Source: Octopus sinensis (lineage: Eukaryota). From it: 64,000 nucleotides of DNA. The stretch covers positions 186,372,001 through 186,436,000 of the forward strand of contig NC_042998.1 in assembly GCF_006345805.1 (NCBI RefSeq), given 5' to 3'. The first letter of the stretch is position 1. Each line of letters begins with the position of its first letter. Below are positions 37,181 to 52,527 of the stretch, piece after piece. The notes beneath the pieces were generated by a model. That model was not told the origin of the DNA and searched no databases. It worked only from the letters and a program-made list of their open reading frames with translations. Made by a program: the position numbers and the translations under genes.

Positions 37181-39120
37181 GATGATTCTGTACGGATCGT
37201 AACTTGTAAACAATTATCTAATATCTCAAGGAGAGACAACTGTACCTCAACGATGTTACGGAGCTTTGTGTGTCTGCGTGCGTAGATCTTACGAGATGCT
37301 ATATATATATATATTTGACACACACACACACACACAGGCATAATGACTTCTCAGAATTCGAGGCATATTCTACGAACAGCATACAAAGGCGTGAGGCGTG
37401 GTTTACGTAAATCTTTAGTAAATAATTTTTTCTTGGAATTCAAATTCCTAAGAAAAGTTGCATGTATATACAGACATAAGTAAGTATATATACATATATA
37501 AACACACACATAAACAAAACACACACACACACACACACACCACATATATATATATTATATATTACACGCACACAAACATATAACATACACTCCACTTACT
37601 CACGCACGCACACACACGCGCGCGCGCACATACACACAAAAAACATATTGAATCCTGCTAGAAAATTCTCGAGCAATGAAAAGCCTTCATGCCAAATTTG
37701 TCTGTGCTTAGGCCTTGCATTGAGAAACACACACCCGTATGTATATATATATATATATATATATACGTATATGTAATATGTACATATATATATATATACA
37801 CAAATTGACTTCTAGCAGGAGTCAATATGTGTATGTGTGTGTATGCGCGCGTGTGTGTGTGTGCGTGCGTGAGTAAGTGAGTGTATGTATATATGTGCTT
37901 GTGTGTGTGTATGTATATATATATATATGTGTGTGTGTGTGTTTGTTTATGTGTGCGTATTTATGTGTGTTTTTATATATGTATATGTGCTTACTATATA
38001 TATATGTTTATATATATATATGTGCGCATATACCTATATATATATATATATGCGCACATACATTTATACATAAGAGATAGATATATATATATACATGCAC
38101 ATATACATACATATATATACACACATACATACACACACACACACATATATAAGGGTGCAGGTGTGGCTGTGTGGTAAGAAACTTGGTTCCAAAACACATG
38201 GTCCTGGGTTCAGTCCCACAGTGTGGTAACTTGGCATGTGTCTTCTGCTATATATGCCTCAGACCAACCAAAGCTTTGTCAGTGGATTTCATAGACAGAA
38301 ACTGAAAGAAATCAATTGTATATGTAAGTAGCTTGCTAACCAACCACATGGTTCCGAGTTCAGTCCCACTGCGTGGCATCTTGGGCAAGTGTCTTTTGCC
38401 ATAGCCCCGGGCCGACCAATGCCTGTGAGTGGATTTGGTAGACGGAAACTGAAAGAAGCCTGTCGTATATATGTATATATATATGTATGTGTGTGTGTTT
38501 GTGTGTCTGGTTTGTTCCCCTAGCATTGCTTGACAACCAATGCTGGTGTGTTTATGCCTCCGTCACTTAGCGGTTCGGCAAAAAGAGACTGATAAAATAA
38601 GTACTGGGCTTACAAAAAGAATAAGTCCTGGGGTCGAGTTGCTCGACTAAAGGCGGTGCTCCAGTATGGCCGCAGTCAAATGACTGAAACAAGTAAAGAG
38701 ATATGTTATATATGTAAGGTATTATGGTCTTTGTCTCTGGGTTTCTCCCTCATCATGTGCTTGACAACTGCTGTTGGTTTATTTACATCCCCATAACTTA
38801 CTGGTTTGACAAAAAGCGACTGATAGTACCAAGCTTATCTAAATAAAAAAATTCTTCAAGGCAGTGTCTCAGATTTTTGTTTGCCCACTCAATTGTATGA
38901 CATATTTATCTCATACTATTCATCTTAATGCCCAGATTCCAAAATTAAAATCTAATGGAACCTGTTCAAAGGATTTTGCTCCTGAATAATGAAGCTCTAA
39001 AATGTGCGAGTTAATCGTCCAACCCATGCTAGCATGGACAGTGGATGTTAAACGATGATGCTGATGATGATGATGATATCATTATCATCATATCATCGAA
39101 TATATATATGTGTGTGTGTG

Positions 39121-39163
<43 letters not shown>

Positions 39164-39924
39164 ATATATATATATATAATACATATTAATATCGTATATA
39201 CATTATATATATAATACATACTGTATATATCTACATACATTATATATACATACATGTATATATATACATACATATATATTTTAATTGTGTATGTATATAT
39301 ATACATGTATGTATATATATATACGTATGTATAATAATATATATATATATATATATATACAGTATGTATATATATACATGTATGTACATATATACATGTA
39401 TGTGTATATATATACATGTATTATATATATATATATGTATATATAGTATACATGTGGTATATATATTATGTATATTATATATCATAATATCCATGTATAT
39501 ATACTATTATATATATATACCTGTGATATTATATATATATATATATATCTAATATATATATAATTATATATATATACATACACACACACATATATATATA
39601 TATATATATTCGATGATGTTGATGATGATATCATCATCAGCATCATCATCATCATCGTTTAACATCCACTGTCCATGCTAGCATGGTTGGACGATTAACT
39701 CGCACATTTTAGAGCTCCATATATATATATATGTTGTTGTTGCATTTAGGAATGGTCATTTTGCCATTTAGCCATAAACACAACTTATATATTTGGTGTT
39801 AATTTTGCTTCAGCGTTATTTATTTTTTACATTAATCTTAACTTTTTTTTTTTCATGTGACAGAAGAAGATCCCCATAAACTGATAACAGTATAAACAAA
39901 ACTAAAAACATAATAAAATACACC

Positions 39925-40320
39925 AGGCGCAGGAGTGGCTGTGTGGTAAGCCGCTTGCTAACCAACCACATGGTTCCGGGTTCAGTCCCACTGCGTGGCA
40001 TCTTGGGCAAGTGTCTTCTGCTATAGCCCCGGGCCGACCAATGCCTTGTGAGTGGATTTGGTAGACGGAAACTGAAAGAAGCCTGTCGTATATATGTATA
40101 TATGTATGTGTGTGTTTGTTCATCTGTGTTTGTCCCCCTAGCATTGTTTGACAACTGATGCTGGTGTGTTTACGTCCCCGTCACTCAGCGGTTCGGCAAA
40201 AGAGACCGATAGAATAAGTACTGGGCTTACAAAGTATAAGTCTTGGGGTCGATTTGCTCGACTAAAGGCGGTGCTCCAGCATGGCCGCAGTCAAATGACT
40301 GAAACGAGTAAAAAGAGTAA
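39925..40320 (+). mobile_element. Abundant tRNA-derived SINE family A (representative; other copies e.g. 3637-4010+, 7958-8337+, 18437-18836+, 30745-31120-, 41950-42338-, 45673-46075+, 46275-46648-, 56270-56655-, 60080-60462-)
   Basis: ggcgcaggagtggctgtgtggtaag (A box), gggttcagtccc (B box), ccttgggcaagtg CORE-like segment, internal (TA)/(TG) microsatellite, gtaaaaga tail. Confidence 0.9.
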
Positions 40321-40648
40321 AAAAAAAAAAAAAAGTAAAGAGATAAATAAACAAATGGAAGTAAATAACTATATACATTAAAATAGAAAAAAAATTAAAC
40401 TAAATACAACCAAAAAATAGGTGTAAACTCGTGAACAAAATAAAAATAAACAAAAACAAATTACACGAACGTGTATCAACAGGAGATACAAATATTACAG
40501 GCACTCCCTCCCCCCACTCACTGACTAAACATAGACACACATAGGTTACCGCATGCGCAAATGAAGACACATGCAATAGGAATACAAACTACAAAATGGC
40601 TGACCGTTAGTAAGGAGAGACACACAAATAAGAAAGAAGAAAGCAAAG

Positions 40649-40692
40649 GACCACTGATGAGGTCACAGAAGTGTGATGAAAGAACTCTGGCT
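40649..40692 (+). ncRNA. Minimal type I hammerhead ribozyme (CUC site)
   Basis: cca CTGATGA g gtcaca gaag tgtgat GAAA g aa c TC tgg. Confidence 0.65.
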
Positions 40693-41413
40693 CGGTTGGT
40701 ACGTAAAAAGCACCAACCGATCGTGGCCATTGCCAGCCCACCTCACCTGGCACGTAAAACGCGCACCCACTACACTCACAGAGTGGTTGGCATTAGGAAG
40801 GGCATCCAGCTGTAGAAATACTGCCAGATCAGACTGGAGCCTGGTGCAGCCTTCTGGCTTCCCAGACCCCAGTCGAACCGTCCAACCCATGCTAGCATGG
40901 AAAACGGACGTTAAACATGGTGATGATGATGATACTATCAAGTATGACATCACCCCATATCCTTCCTTATTCATGTATCACCCCTTCCTTTCTCATTCAT
41001 AAACACAAGAGTGTAATTATAGTAGATTATCTCAGTAACCATGAGAACTATGAAAAAATATGTCATCACCCCCCTTCCTTCCTTCCTTATTCATGTATCA
41101 TTCATAAATACAAGATTATGATTATAGTAGATTATCTTGGTAACCATGGGAACTATGAAAAAATACAAAGCCCAGCATCACCACCTGATCATTCTTCATA
41201 TATGTATAGTTTTTGTGCAATTCCACCTGGCCATTTGACTGTGAATCCATGACAAGAATTGCCCATGTCAAATTTATATGTATAGATATATATGTGTGTA
41301 TTTATGTCTGTGCGTATGAGAATGTATGTGTGTATATATATTTTATGTATGTATACGTATGTCTATGTATAGATATGTATGTCTATGTACATATATGTAT
41401 GTGTGTGTGTGTG

Positions 41414-41451
<38 letters not shown>

Positions 41452-44400
41452 CACAGGAGTGGCTGACTGGTAAGTAGCTTGCTTACTAACCGTATGGTTC
41501 CATATTCAGTCCCACTGTATGGAACCTTGGGCAAGTTTCTTCTTCTGGCCAACCAAAGCCTTGTAGACAGAAACTGAAAGAAGCCCGTTGTATACATACT
41601 CACACGCACACACACATACACACACACACACACACACATACATGTGTGTATGTGTGTATGTTTATGCCCCCCCCCCCAACCATTGCTTGACAGCTGATGT
41701 TGGTGTGCTTATGTGCCCGAAACTTAGCAGTTCGGCAAAAGATAGTGATAGAACAAGTACTAGACTTACAAACAAATAAGTCCTGGGGTTGATTTCTTCA
41801 ACTAAAGGCGGTGCTCCAGCATGGCCACAGTCAAATGACTGAAAAAAATAAAAGAATAAAAGAGTATAATATATATGTGTGTGTGTGTGTATTGTATATT
41901 GTGTATATGTAAATATGTATATGTGGGTTTGTATATATTGTATGTATACTCTTACTCTTTACTTGTTTCAGTCATTTGACTGCGGCCATGCTGGAGCACC
42001 GCCTTTAATCGAGCAAATCGACCCCGGGACTTATTCTTTTTGTAAGCCCAGTACTTATTCTATCGGTCTCTTTTGCCGAACCGCTAAGTAACGGGACATA
42101 AACACACCAGCATCGGTTGTCAAGCAATGCTAGGGGACAAACACAGACACACAAACAAACACACCATACACATATATACATATATACGACAGGCTTCTTT
42201 CAGTTTCCGTCTACCAAATCCACTCACAAGGCATTGGTCGGCCCGGGCTATAGCAGAAGACACTTGCCCAAGATGCCACGCAGTGGGACTGAACCCGGAA
42301 CCATCTGGTTGGTTAGCAAGCTACTTACCACACAGCCACTTGTGTGTTTTGTGTGGACATGTGTGAATATATGTATATATAATGTATAAAACATTTTTTA
42401 CCTGTTTCTCAGTCTTTTATATCTAAACATCATAGTCACTAGTTTTCTAAAATCAAACCATTTGAGTCTAATTTTTTCATCTCATTTACTGAAAACAGTA
42501 ATCGATATAAATTTGAATTTGTTTTTGTGTGTGTGTGGAGGTACGGCATGGCTGTGTGAAGAAGCTTGCTGCCAAACCACATGGTCTAGGGTCCAGTCTC
42601 ACTGCATGGTATCTTGGGCAAATGTCTTTTCACTATAGTCTCAAGCCAACCAAAGCCTTGTGAGTGGATTTGGTAGATGGAAACTGAAAGAAGCTCGTCA
42701 TGCATATGTATGTGTGTGTGTGTGTGTGTGTTTGTGTGTCTTGGCATCACTCACCAAGTCCTTTGTGAGCCACTCTCCGGCTATCTATCTGTGGCTTTAT
42801 ACAGCTATGGTGTGACTTCACCTGGAATTTGCATCACCGGTCTGGAATCCCTATCTTGCCCAGGATATTAATCGTCTGGAAGCTGTTCAGCGACGTGCAA
42901 CCAAGAGAATACCCTCCATCAGGCATTTGCCATATTCTGAACGCCTTACTTCCCTGGGCCTGGACACATTGAAATTCCGACGTCTGGCAGTTGACTTGGC
43001 AGACACCCATGAAATTATTAACCATCTTAACCAACAATAACTCTGAGCACCTTTTCAAACTCCATCTTTCTAACACCCGTGGACATGTTTACAAAGTCAG
43101 AAAGCAGCACAGCTCCCATGACTTTCGGAACATTTTTCACACTAAGAGTTGCTGAAGTATGGAACAAACTGCTGGCATCAGTTGTTAGTTGTCGGAGCAA
43201 TGCATCCTTCAAAACTTCCGTGCTTCCTCAGATTCACCAACACTACACCTGATTTTCTCCCCTCCACACACGCAAGCATGTATCTGACTCATACACTGTT
43301 CACTTCCTAGACATTTTTACATTACTGCATATGCTTTATATACACTTTTTGACAAGTTGTGGTGCACCTGAGCACTGTACAATAATTTCATTATTATAAG
43401 CGTGTATGTGTTTGTACAAGTGTCCACTCAAATAGACATTTAAACGAATTTTTGTTTCTTTTTCATTATTATCTTGTTGTATGTCATTTGCAACAATCTT
43501 ATATATACATATCTCTATTGCCTCTCTCCCTCATGACAAAATTGTATCGTATTATTTTTTTATTTATTTTTATATATTTGTATATTTGGTATATATATAC
43601 ATTTGCTCTTACTTGGTTCAGTCATTTGACTGTGGCCATGCAGGATTATCACTTTAAAGGGTTTAGTCAGATCCCAAGATACCACGCAGTGGGACTGAAC
43701 CTGGACCATGTGGTTGGGAAGCAAGCTTCTTACCACATAGCCACATCTGTGCCTTTAAAAACTAAATTCTATAAACTTCACACTGTATAATTTCTGTACA
43801 TTCATTCACCTCTGATATTGATTTCTAGCACTGACATATGGTTACAAAGTTTGGGGAGAGGATAAACCAATTACAAAAAAAAAAGCCCAATATTTGACTA
43901 GTATAACATTATATTGATCTCAAAAGCTCCAATGAATACTAAATTGACCTCTAATATTAATTCATCATCATCATCGTTAACGTCCGCTTTCCATTCTAGC
44001 ATGGGTTGGATGGTTCGTCCGGGGTCTGGGAAGCCAGGAGGCTGCACCAGGCTTCAGTCTGACCTGGCTGTGTTTCTACAGCTGGATGCCCTTCCTAACG
44101 CCAACCACTCCGTGAGTGTAGTGGGTGCTTTTTACGTGCCACTGGTACAGGTGCCAGGGGCAGCTGGAAGCGGCCACGTTGCTTTTTTCGTCCCACTGGC
44201 ATGGAAGCCAGTTGAGGTGGTGCTGGCATTGACCACGTTCGGACGGTGCTTTTACGTGCCAGGGGGCTGGCAACAGCCACGATCGGTTGGTGGTTTTTAC
44301 GTACCCCGCCCACATGGAAACCAGTCAGGCAGCGCTGGCATCGGCCTTAGTTATATGAATATATTCTATTCTTTAATTTTTACTAATCTTAAAGTTTCTA

Positions 44401-44964
44401 AATGAATAAATACCCTACTTCAGATGCTCTTATACTTTTTTAATTATCAGCTGTGTGGTAAGGGGTTTGCTTCCCAACCACATGTTTGGGTTTCAGTCCC
44501 ACTGGCAACTTTGTGTCTTTGTGTCAAGTGTCTTCAACTATGATGGACTCAAGTCAGCCAAAGCCTTGTGAGTGGATTTGTGTGAAAGAAATTGTGTGTG
44601 TGAGGGCGTGTGTTATATGCCATATATGCATGTGTTATTGTGTCCTTGCCTTGACTGTATTTGGTTTTAAAACAGTGTGACGTAAACACACACACCGACG
44701 CCCGTTTGTCATGTGTGATGGTGGTGGTGGTGGTGGGGTTAAGTGTGACAAACACAGACACTACACACATGTGACTGCTTCTTTTAGTTTCCATTTTCCA
44801 AATCTAATCACAAGGCTATGGTCAGCCTGAGGCTATAGTAGAAGAAATTTGCGCAAAGTGCCATGCAGCAGGACTGAACCTGGAACCATGTGCTTGGGAA
44901 GCAAACATGTTACCACATGGCCTCACCTGCACCTCTGTTATTATACATGCAGTCATACATGCAG

Positions 44965-45330
44965 TTTTTTTTAACCCCAGCTGGATATAATTGTGCATTA
45001 TGTTATAAACCTTAGCTGCAATAGTTGTTAATGTCATATCTTGGTAACTCTGCACTGAGCCACCTTCAATCCATTTACTGATTGGATTTGGAGTGTAGAG
45101 AGGGCTGCACAGTTGAAAAGTGTATCATAAAATGTTCCGGTTTTCCAGACTTTGTTGGATATGTTCTCCAAACCAGAAGCTTTCCTGTTTTAAATACCTC
45201 TGTTAGTTCCTCTCTCAGTACCTCTGTTGGTTCATCTGTTGTGAAGGTACCCACTTTGATAGTTAATTGGTAGTTTATGATAGTTTCTACAAGACTGTTG
45301 ATAATATGATAATAGTGGTGGTTTCCAAAG
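44965..45330 (-). mobile_element. Old RTE-like RT fragment (copy at ~54955-55320)
   Basis: Decayed peptides YQDMTLTTIAAKVYN and FTTDEP..VL..FKTGK; frameshifted. Confidence 0.45.
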
Positions 45331-45425
45331 TATATTCTCTAAGTAAACAATTGCAGCGTGGAAGGTGTTTATAAGCCATTTAAGAAACACACAAACCGTT
45401 AAACTCACTTCAACATTTAAATTAA

Positions 45426-45475
45426 TTTGTCAAAATATTTTCGTCGCTTCAGACCGCGACCTGTTCACTGACAAA
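45426..45475 (-). ncRNA. Minimal type I hammerhead ribozyme, G3-C8 core variant (best copy)
   Basis: Minus strand reads tttgtca GTGAACA g gtcgc ggtctgaa gcgac GAA aatatt t tgacaaa: 7-bp stem I, 5-bp stem II, palindromic AATATT stem III. Confidence 0.7.
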
Positions 45476-47405
45476 GATTTGTGATGCAGCACAAAGCTTT
45501 ACAACAAACAATAAGTTACTTGGCTCTGGTATGACAAACAATAACTGACTTGGCTCTTTAGTCATGACATTACTATTTCAGCATTTTGAATGTCAAAATG
45601 ACATATTTTAAAAGAAAGAAAGAAAATAAAAACACAATTTCTATTACCTTTAAATATTTCTGTCACAGATAGGTGCAGGAGTGGCTGTGCGGTAAGTAGC
45701 TTGCTAACCAACCACATGTTCCGGGTTCAGTCCCACTGCGTGGCACCTTGGGCAATGTCTTCTTCTACAGCCTCGGGCTGACCAAAGCCTTGTGAGTGGA
45801 TTTGGTAGACGGAAACTAAAAAAGCCCGTCGTATATATGTATATGTATGTGTGTTTATATATGTTTTGTGTGTCTGTGCTTATCCCCACAACATCGCTTG
45901 ACACCGATGTTGGTGTGTTTACGCCCCTGTCACTTAGCAGTTCGGCAAGAGAGACCGATAGAATAAGAAGTACTAGGCTTACAAAGAATATGTCCTGGGG
46001 TCGATTTACTCGACTGAAGGTGGTGCTCCAGCATGGCCACAGTAATATGATAAACAAGTAAAAGAGTAAAGAGTATAATATCCTCCATATAAATATATTT
46101 TTTCTCTTCATTTTTGTATCTGGTTTGCAAGATTCTTTATGTGAGTTTGTGTATTGAAACAAATTTTTTTTGTCGAGGGAGTGTCATTGTACCAATACTA
46201 ATAACATGCCCTGGTTCAATTCCACTCCTTTATCATTAGTTAATTGGTCAAATATCCAACTAACGAGTCAATTTACTCTTTTACTTGTTTCAGTCATTTG
46301 ACTGCGGCCATGCTGGAGCACCGCCTTTAGTCGAGCAAATCGACCCCGGGACTTATTCTTTGTAAGCCCAGTACTTATTCTATCGGTCTCTTTTGCCGAA
46401 CCGCTAAGTGACGGGGATGTAACCACACCAGCATCGGTTGTCAAGCATGCTAGGGGGACAACACACAAACACATATATATATATATATACATATATACGA
46501 CAGGCTTCTTTCAGTTTCCGTCTACCAATCCACTCACAAGGCATTGGTCGGCCCAGGGCTATAGCAGAAGACACTTGCCAAGATGCCACGCAGTGGGACT
46601 GACCCGGAACCATGTGGTTGGTTAGCAAGCTACTTACCACACAGCCACTCATTGAGTCATTTTTTTTGTTTGTCAAAGCTTTTTTGTCGCTATTTGCAAC
46701 CTTCTCAGCGACTTTTCTTTTAGTCTGTTACACAAGTCACATTTGTCTGTTCAAGATCTTGTTGCAGCAGGTATGTGTATGTGTGTGTATCTTTATGCTG
46801 TATCATCATCATCATCATCATCATTTAGCGTCCGCTCTCCATGCTAGCATGGGTTGGACGGTTCAACTGGGGTCTGTGAAGCTGGAAGGCTTCATCAGGC
46901 CCAGTCAGATCTGCAGTGTTTCTACGGCTGGATGCCCTTCCTAACGCCAACCACTCCGTGAGTGTAGTGGGTGCTTTTACGTGCCCTGCACAGGTGCCAG
47001 ACAGAGCTGGAAACGGCCACGAAACGGATGGTGCTTTTACGTGTCACCGGCAACGGGGGCCAGGCGAGGCTGGCAACGGACACAAACGGATGGTGCTTTT
47101 ACGTGCCACCAACACGGGGGCCAGACAGAGCTGGCAAACGGCCACGAAACGGATGGTGCTTTGTTACGGAGCTTTGTGTGTCTGCGTGCGTAGATCTTAC
47201 GAGATGCTATATATATATATATTTGACACACACACACACACAAACACACACAGGCATATTCTACGAACAGCATACAAAGGCGTGAGGCGTGGTTTACGTA
47301 AATCTTTAGTAAATAATTTTTTCTTGGAATTCAAATTTCTAAGAAAAGTTGCATGTATATACAGACATAAGTAAGTATATATACATATATAAACACACAC
47401 ATAAA

Positions 47406-47457
<52 letters not shown>

Positions 47458-50004
47458 CACGCACACAAACATATATACATACACTCACTTACTCACGCAC
47501 GCACACACACGCTCGCGCGCACATACACACACAAACACATATTGAATCCTGCTAGAAAATTCCTCGAGCAATGAAAAGCCTTCATGCCAAATTTGTCTGT
47601 GCTTAGGCCTTGCATTGAAGAAACACACACACATATGTATATATATATATATATATATATACGTATATGTAATATGTACATATATATATATATACACAAA
47701 TTGACTTCTAGCAGGAGTCAATATGTGTATGTGTGTGTATGCGCGCGTGTGTGTGTGTGCGTGCGTGAGTAAGTGAGTGTATGTATATATGTGCTTGTGT
47801 GTGTGTGTGTATGTATATATATATATATGTGTGTGTGTGTTTGTTTATGTGTGCGTATTTATGTGTGTTTTATATATGTATATTGTGCTTACTATATATA
47901 TATGTTTATATATATATATGTGCGCATATACCTATATATATATATATATATGCGCACATACATTTATACATAGAGATAGATATATATATACATGCACATA
48001 TACATACATATATATACACACATACATACACACACACACACCACATATATAAGGGTGCAGGTGTGGCTGTGTGGAAGAAACTTGGTTCCAAAACACATGG
48101 TCCTGGGTTCAGTCCCACAGTGTGGTAACTTGGCATGTGTCTTCTGCTATATATGCCTCAGACCAACCAAAGCTTTGTCAGTGGATTTCATAGACAGAAA
48201 CTGAAAGAAATCAATTGTATATGTAAGTAGCTTGCTAACCAACCACATGGTTCCGAGTTCAGTCCCACTGCGTGGCATCTTGGGCAAGTGTCTTCTGCCA
48301 TAGCCCCGGGCCGACCAATGCCTTGTGAGTGGATTTGGTAGACGGAAACTGAAAGAAGCCTGTCGTATATATGTATATATATATATGTATGTGTGTGTGT
48401 TTGTGTGTCTGTGTTTGTTCCCCTAGCATTGCTTGAACACCAATGCTGGTGTGTTTATGTCCTCCGTCACTTAGCGGTTCGGCAAAAAGAGACTGATAGA
48501 ATAAGTACTGGGCTTACGAAAAGAATAAGTCCTGGGGTCGAGTTGCTCGACTAAAGGCGGTGCTCCAGTATGGCCGCAGTCAAATGACTGAAACAAGTAA
48601 AAGAGTATATGTATATATGTAAGTGTATTATGTGTCTTTGTCTCTGGGTTTCTCCCTCATCATTGCTTGACAACTGCTGTTGGTTTATTTACATCCCCAT
48701 AACTTACTGGTTTGACAAAAAGCGACTGATAGTACCAAGCTTATCTAAATAAAAAAATTCTTCAAGGCAGTGTCTCAGATTTTTGTTTGCCCACTCAATT
48801 GTATGACATATTTATCTCATACTATTCATCTTAATGCCCAGATTCCAAAATTAAAATCTAATGGAACCTGTTCAAAGGATTTTGCTCCTGAATAATGAAG
48901 CTCTAAAATGTGCGAGTTAATCGTCCAACCCATGCTAGCATGGACAGTGGATGTTGAACGATGATGCTGATGATGATGATGATATCATTATCATCATTAT
49001 CATCGAATATATATATATATGTGTGTGTGTATGTATATATATATTAACTCGCACATTTTAGAGCTCCATATATATATATATGTTGTTGTTGCATTTAGGA
49101 ATGGTCATTTTGCCAGTTTAGCCAATAAAAACACACACACTATATATTTGGTGTTAATTTTACTTCAGCGTTATTTATTTTTTACATTAATCTTAACTTT
49201 TTTTTTTTCATGTGACAGAAGAAGATCCCCATAAACTGATAACAGTATAAACAAAACTAAAAACATAATAAAATACACCAGGCGCAGGAGTGGCTGTGTG
49301 GTAAGCCGCTTGCTAACCAACCACATGGTTCCGGGTTCAGTCCCACTGCGTGGCATCTTGGGCAAGTCTTCTGCTATAGCCCCGGGCCGACCAATGCCTT
49401 GTGAGTGGATTTGGTAGACGGAAACTGAAAGACCTGTCCGTATATATGTATATATGTATTGTGTGTTTGTTCATCTGTGTTTTGTCCCCCTAGCATTGTT
49501 TGACAACTGATGCTGTGTGTTTACGTCCCCGTCACTCAGCGGTTCGGCAAAAGAGACCGATAGAATAAGTACTGGGCTTACAAAGTATAAGTCTCGGGGT
49601 CGATTTGCTCGACTAAAGGCGGTGCTCCAGCATGGCTGCAGTCAATGACTGAAACAAGTAAAAGAGTAAAAAAAAAAAAAAGAGTAAAGAAAAAAAAGAT
49701 AAATAAAAACAAATGGAAGTAAATAACTATATACATTAAAATAGAAAAAATTAAACTAAATACAACCAAAAAATAGGTGTAAACTCATGAACAAAATAAA
49801 AATAAACAAAAACAAATTACACGAACGTATATAAACAGGAGATACAAATATTACAGGCACTCCCTCCCCCCACACTGACTAAACATAGACACACATAGAG
49901 GTATACGCATGCGCAAATGAAGACACATGCAATAGGAATACAAACTACAAAATGGCTGACCGTTAGTAAGGAGAGACACACAAATAAGAAAGAAGAAAGC
50001 AAAG

Positions 50005-50048
50005 GACCACTGATGAGGTCACAGAAGTGTGATGAAAGAACTCTGGCT
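50005..50048 (+). ncRNA. Duplicate of the 40649 hammerhead
   Basis: Identical motif in duplication copy B. Confidence 0.65.
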
Positions 50049-50775
50049 CGGTTGGTACGTAAAAAGCACCAACCGATCGTGGCCATTGCCAGCCTCACCT
50101 GGCACGTAAAACGCACCCACTACACTCACAGAGTGGTTGGCATTAGGAAGGGCATCCAGCTGTAGAAATACTGCCAGATCAGACTGGAGCCTGGTGCAGC
50201 CTTCTGGCTTCCCAGACCCCAGTCGAACCGTCCAACCCATGCTAGCATGGAAAACGGACGTTAAACAATGGTGATGATGATGATAACTATCAAGTATGAC
50301 ATCACCCCCATCCTTCCTTATTCATGTATCACCCCTTCCTTTCTCATTCATAAACACAAGAGTGTAATTATAGTAGATTATCTCAGTAACCATGAGAACT
50401 ATGAAAAAATATGTCATCACCCCCTTCCTTCCTTCCTTATTCATGTATCATTCATAAATACAAGATTATGATTATAGTAGATTATCTTGGTAACCATGGG
50501 AACTATGAAAAAAATACAAAGCCCAGCATCACCACCTGATCATTCTTCATATATGTATAGTTTTTTGTGCAATTCCACCCGGCCATTTGACTGTGAATCC
50601 CATGACAAGAATTGCCCATGTCAAATTTATATGTATAGATATATATGTGTGTATTTATGTCTGTGCGTATGAGAATGTATGTGTGTATATATATATTTAT
50701 GTATGTATACGTATGTCTATGTATAGATATGTATGTCTATGTACATATATGCATATATGTATGTGTGTGTGTGTG

Positions 50776-50819
<44 letters not shown>

Positions 50820-52479
50820 CACAGGAGTGGCTGACTGGTAAGTAGCTTGCTTACCAACCGTATGGTTCCATATTCAGTCCCACTGCATAGAACCTTGGGC
50901 AAGTTTCTTCTTCTCACGAACCAAAGCCTTGTGGATAGAAACTGAAAGAAGCCCGTTGTATACATACAGACACACACACACACATACATGTGTGTATGTT
51001 TATGCCCCCCCCCCCCAAGCATTGCTTTACAACTGATGTTAGTGTGCTTATGTGCCCGAAACTTAGCGGTTCGGCAAAAGATAGTGATAGAAAAAGTACT
51101 AGACTTACAAACAAATAAGTCCTGGGGTTGATTTCTTCAACTAAAGGCGATGCTCCAGCATGGCCACAGTCAAATGACTGAAAAAAATAAAAGAATAAAA
51201 GAGTATAATATATATGTGTGTGTGTGTATGTATATATATATATATAGGCACAGGAGTGGCTGACTGGTAAGTAGCTTGCTAACCAACCACATGGTTCCGG
51301 GTTCAGTCCCACTGCGTGGCATCTTGGGCAAGTGTCTTCTGCTATAGCCCCGGGCCGACCAATGCCTTGTGAGTGGATTTGGTAGATGGAAACTGAAAGA
51401 AGCCAGTCGTATATATGTATATATATGTATATGTATGTGTGTTTATATATGTTTGTGTGTCTGTGCTTATCCCCACAACATCGCTTGACAACCGATGTTG
51501 GTGTGTTTACGCCCCTGTCACTTAGCAGTTCGGCAAGAGAGACCGATAGAATAAGTACTGGGCTCACAACGAATAAGTCCCGGGGTCAATTGCTCGACTA
51601 AAGGCGGTGCTCCAGCATGGCCACATTCAAATGACTGAAACACGTAAAAGAATATATGTGTGTGTGTATTGTATATTGTGTATATGTAAATATGCATATG
51701 TGTGTTTGTATATATTGTATGTATACTCTTACTCTTTACTTGTTTCAGTCATTTGACTGCGGCCATGCTGGAGCACCGCCTTTAATCGAGCACTTGACCC
51801 CGGGACTTATTCTTTTTTGTAAGCCCAGTACTTATTCTATCGGTCTCTTTTGCCGAACCACTAAGTAACGGGGACATAAACACACCAGCATCGGTTGTCA
51901 AGCAATGCTAGGGGGACAAACACAGACACACAAACAAACACACATACACATATATACGACAGGCTTCTTTCAGTTTCCGTCTACCAAATCCACTCACAAG
52001 GCATTGGTCGGCCCGGGGCTATAGCAGAAGACACTTGCCCAAGATGCCACGCAGTGGGACTGAACCCGGAACCATCTGGTTGGTTAGCAAGCTACTTACC
52101 ACACAGCCACGTGTGTGTTTGTGTGGACATGTGTGAATATATGTATATATAATGTATAAAACATTTTTTACCTGTTTCTCAGTCTTTTATATCTAAACAT
52201 TCATAGTCACTAGTTTTCTAAAATCAAACCATTTGAGTCTAATTTTTTCATCTCATTTACTGAAAACAGTAATCGATATAAATTTGAATTTGTTTTTGTG
52301 TGTGTGTGGAGGTACAGGCATGGCTGTGTGGTAAGAAGCTTGCTGCCAAACCACATGGTCTAGGGTCCAGTCTCACTGCATGGTATCTTGGGCAAATGTC
52401 TTTCACTATAGTCTCAAGCCAACCAAAGCCTTGTGAGTGGATTTGGTAGATGGAAACTGAAAGAAGCTCGTCATGCATA

Positions 52480-52527
<48 letters not shown>

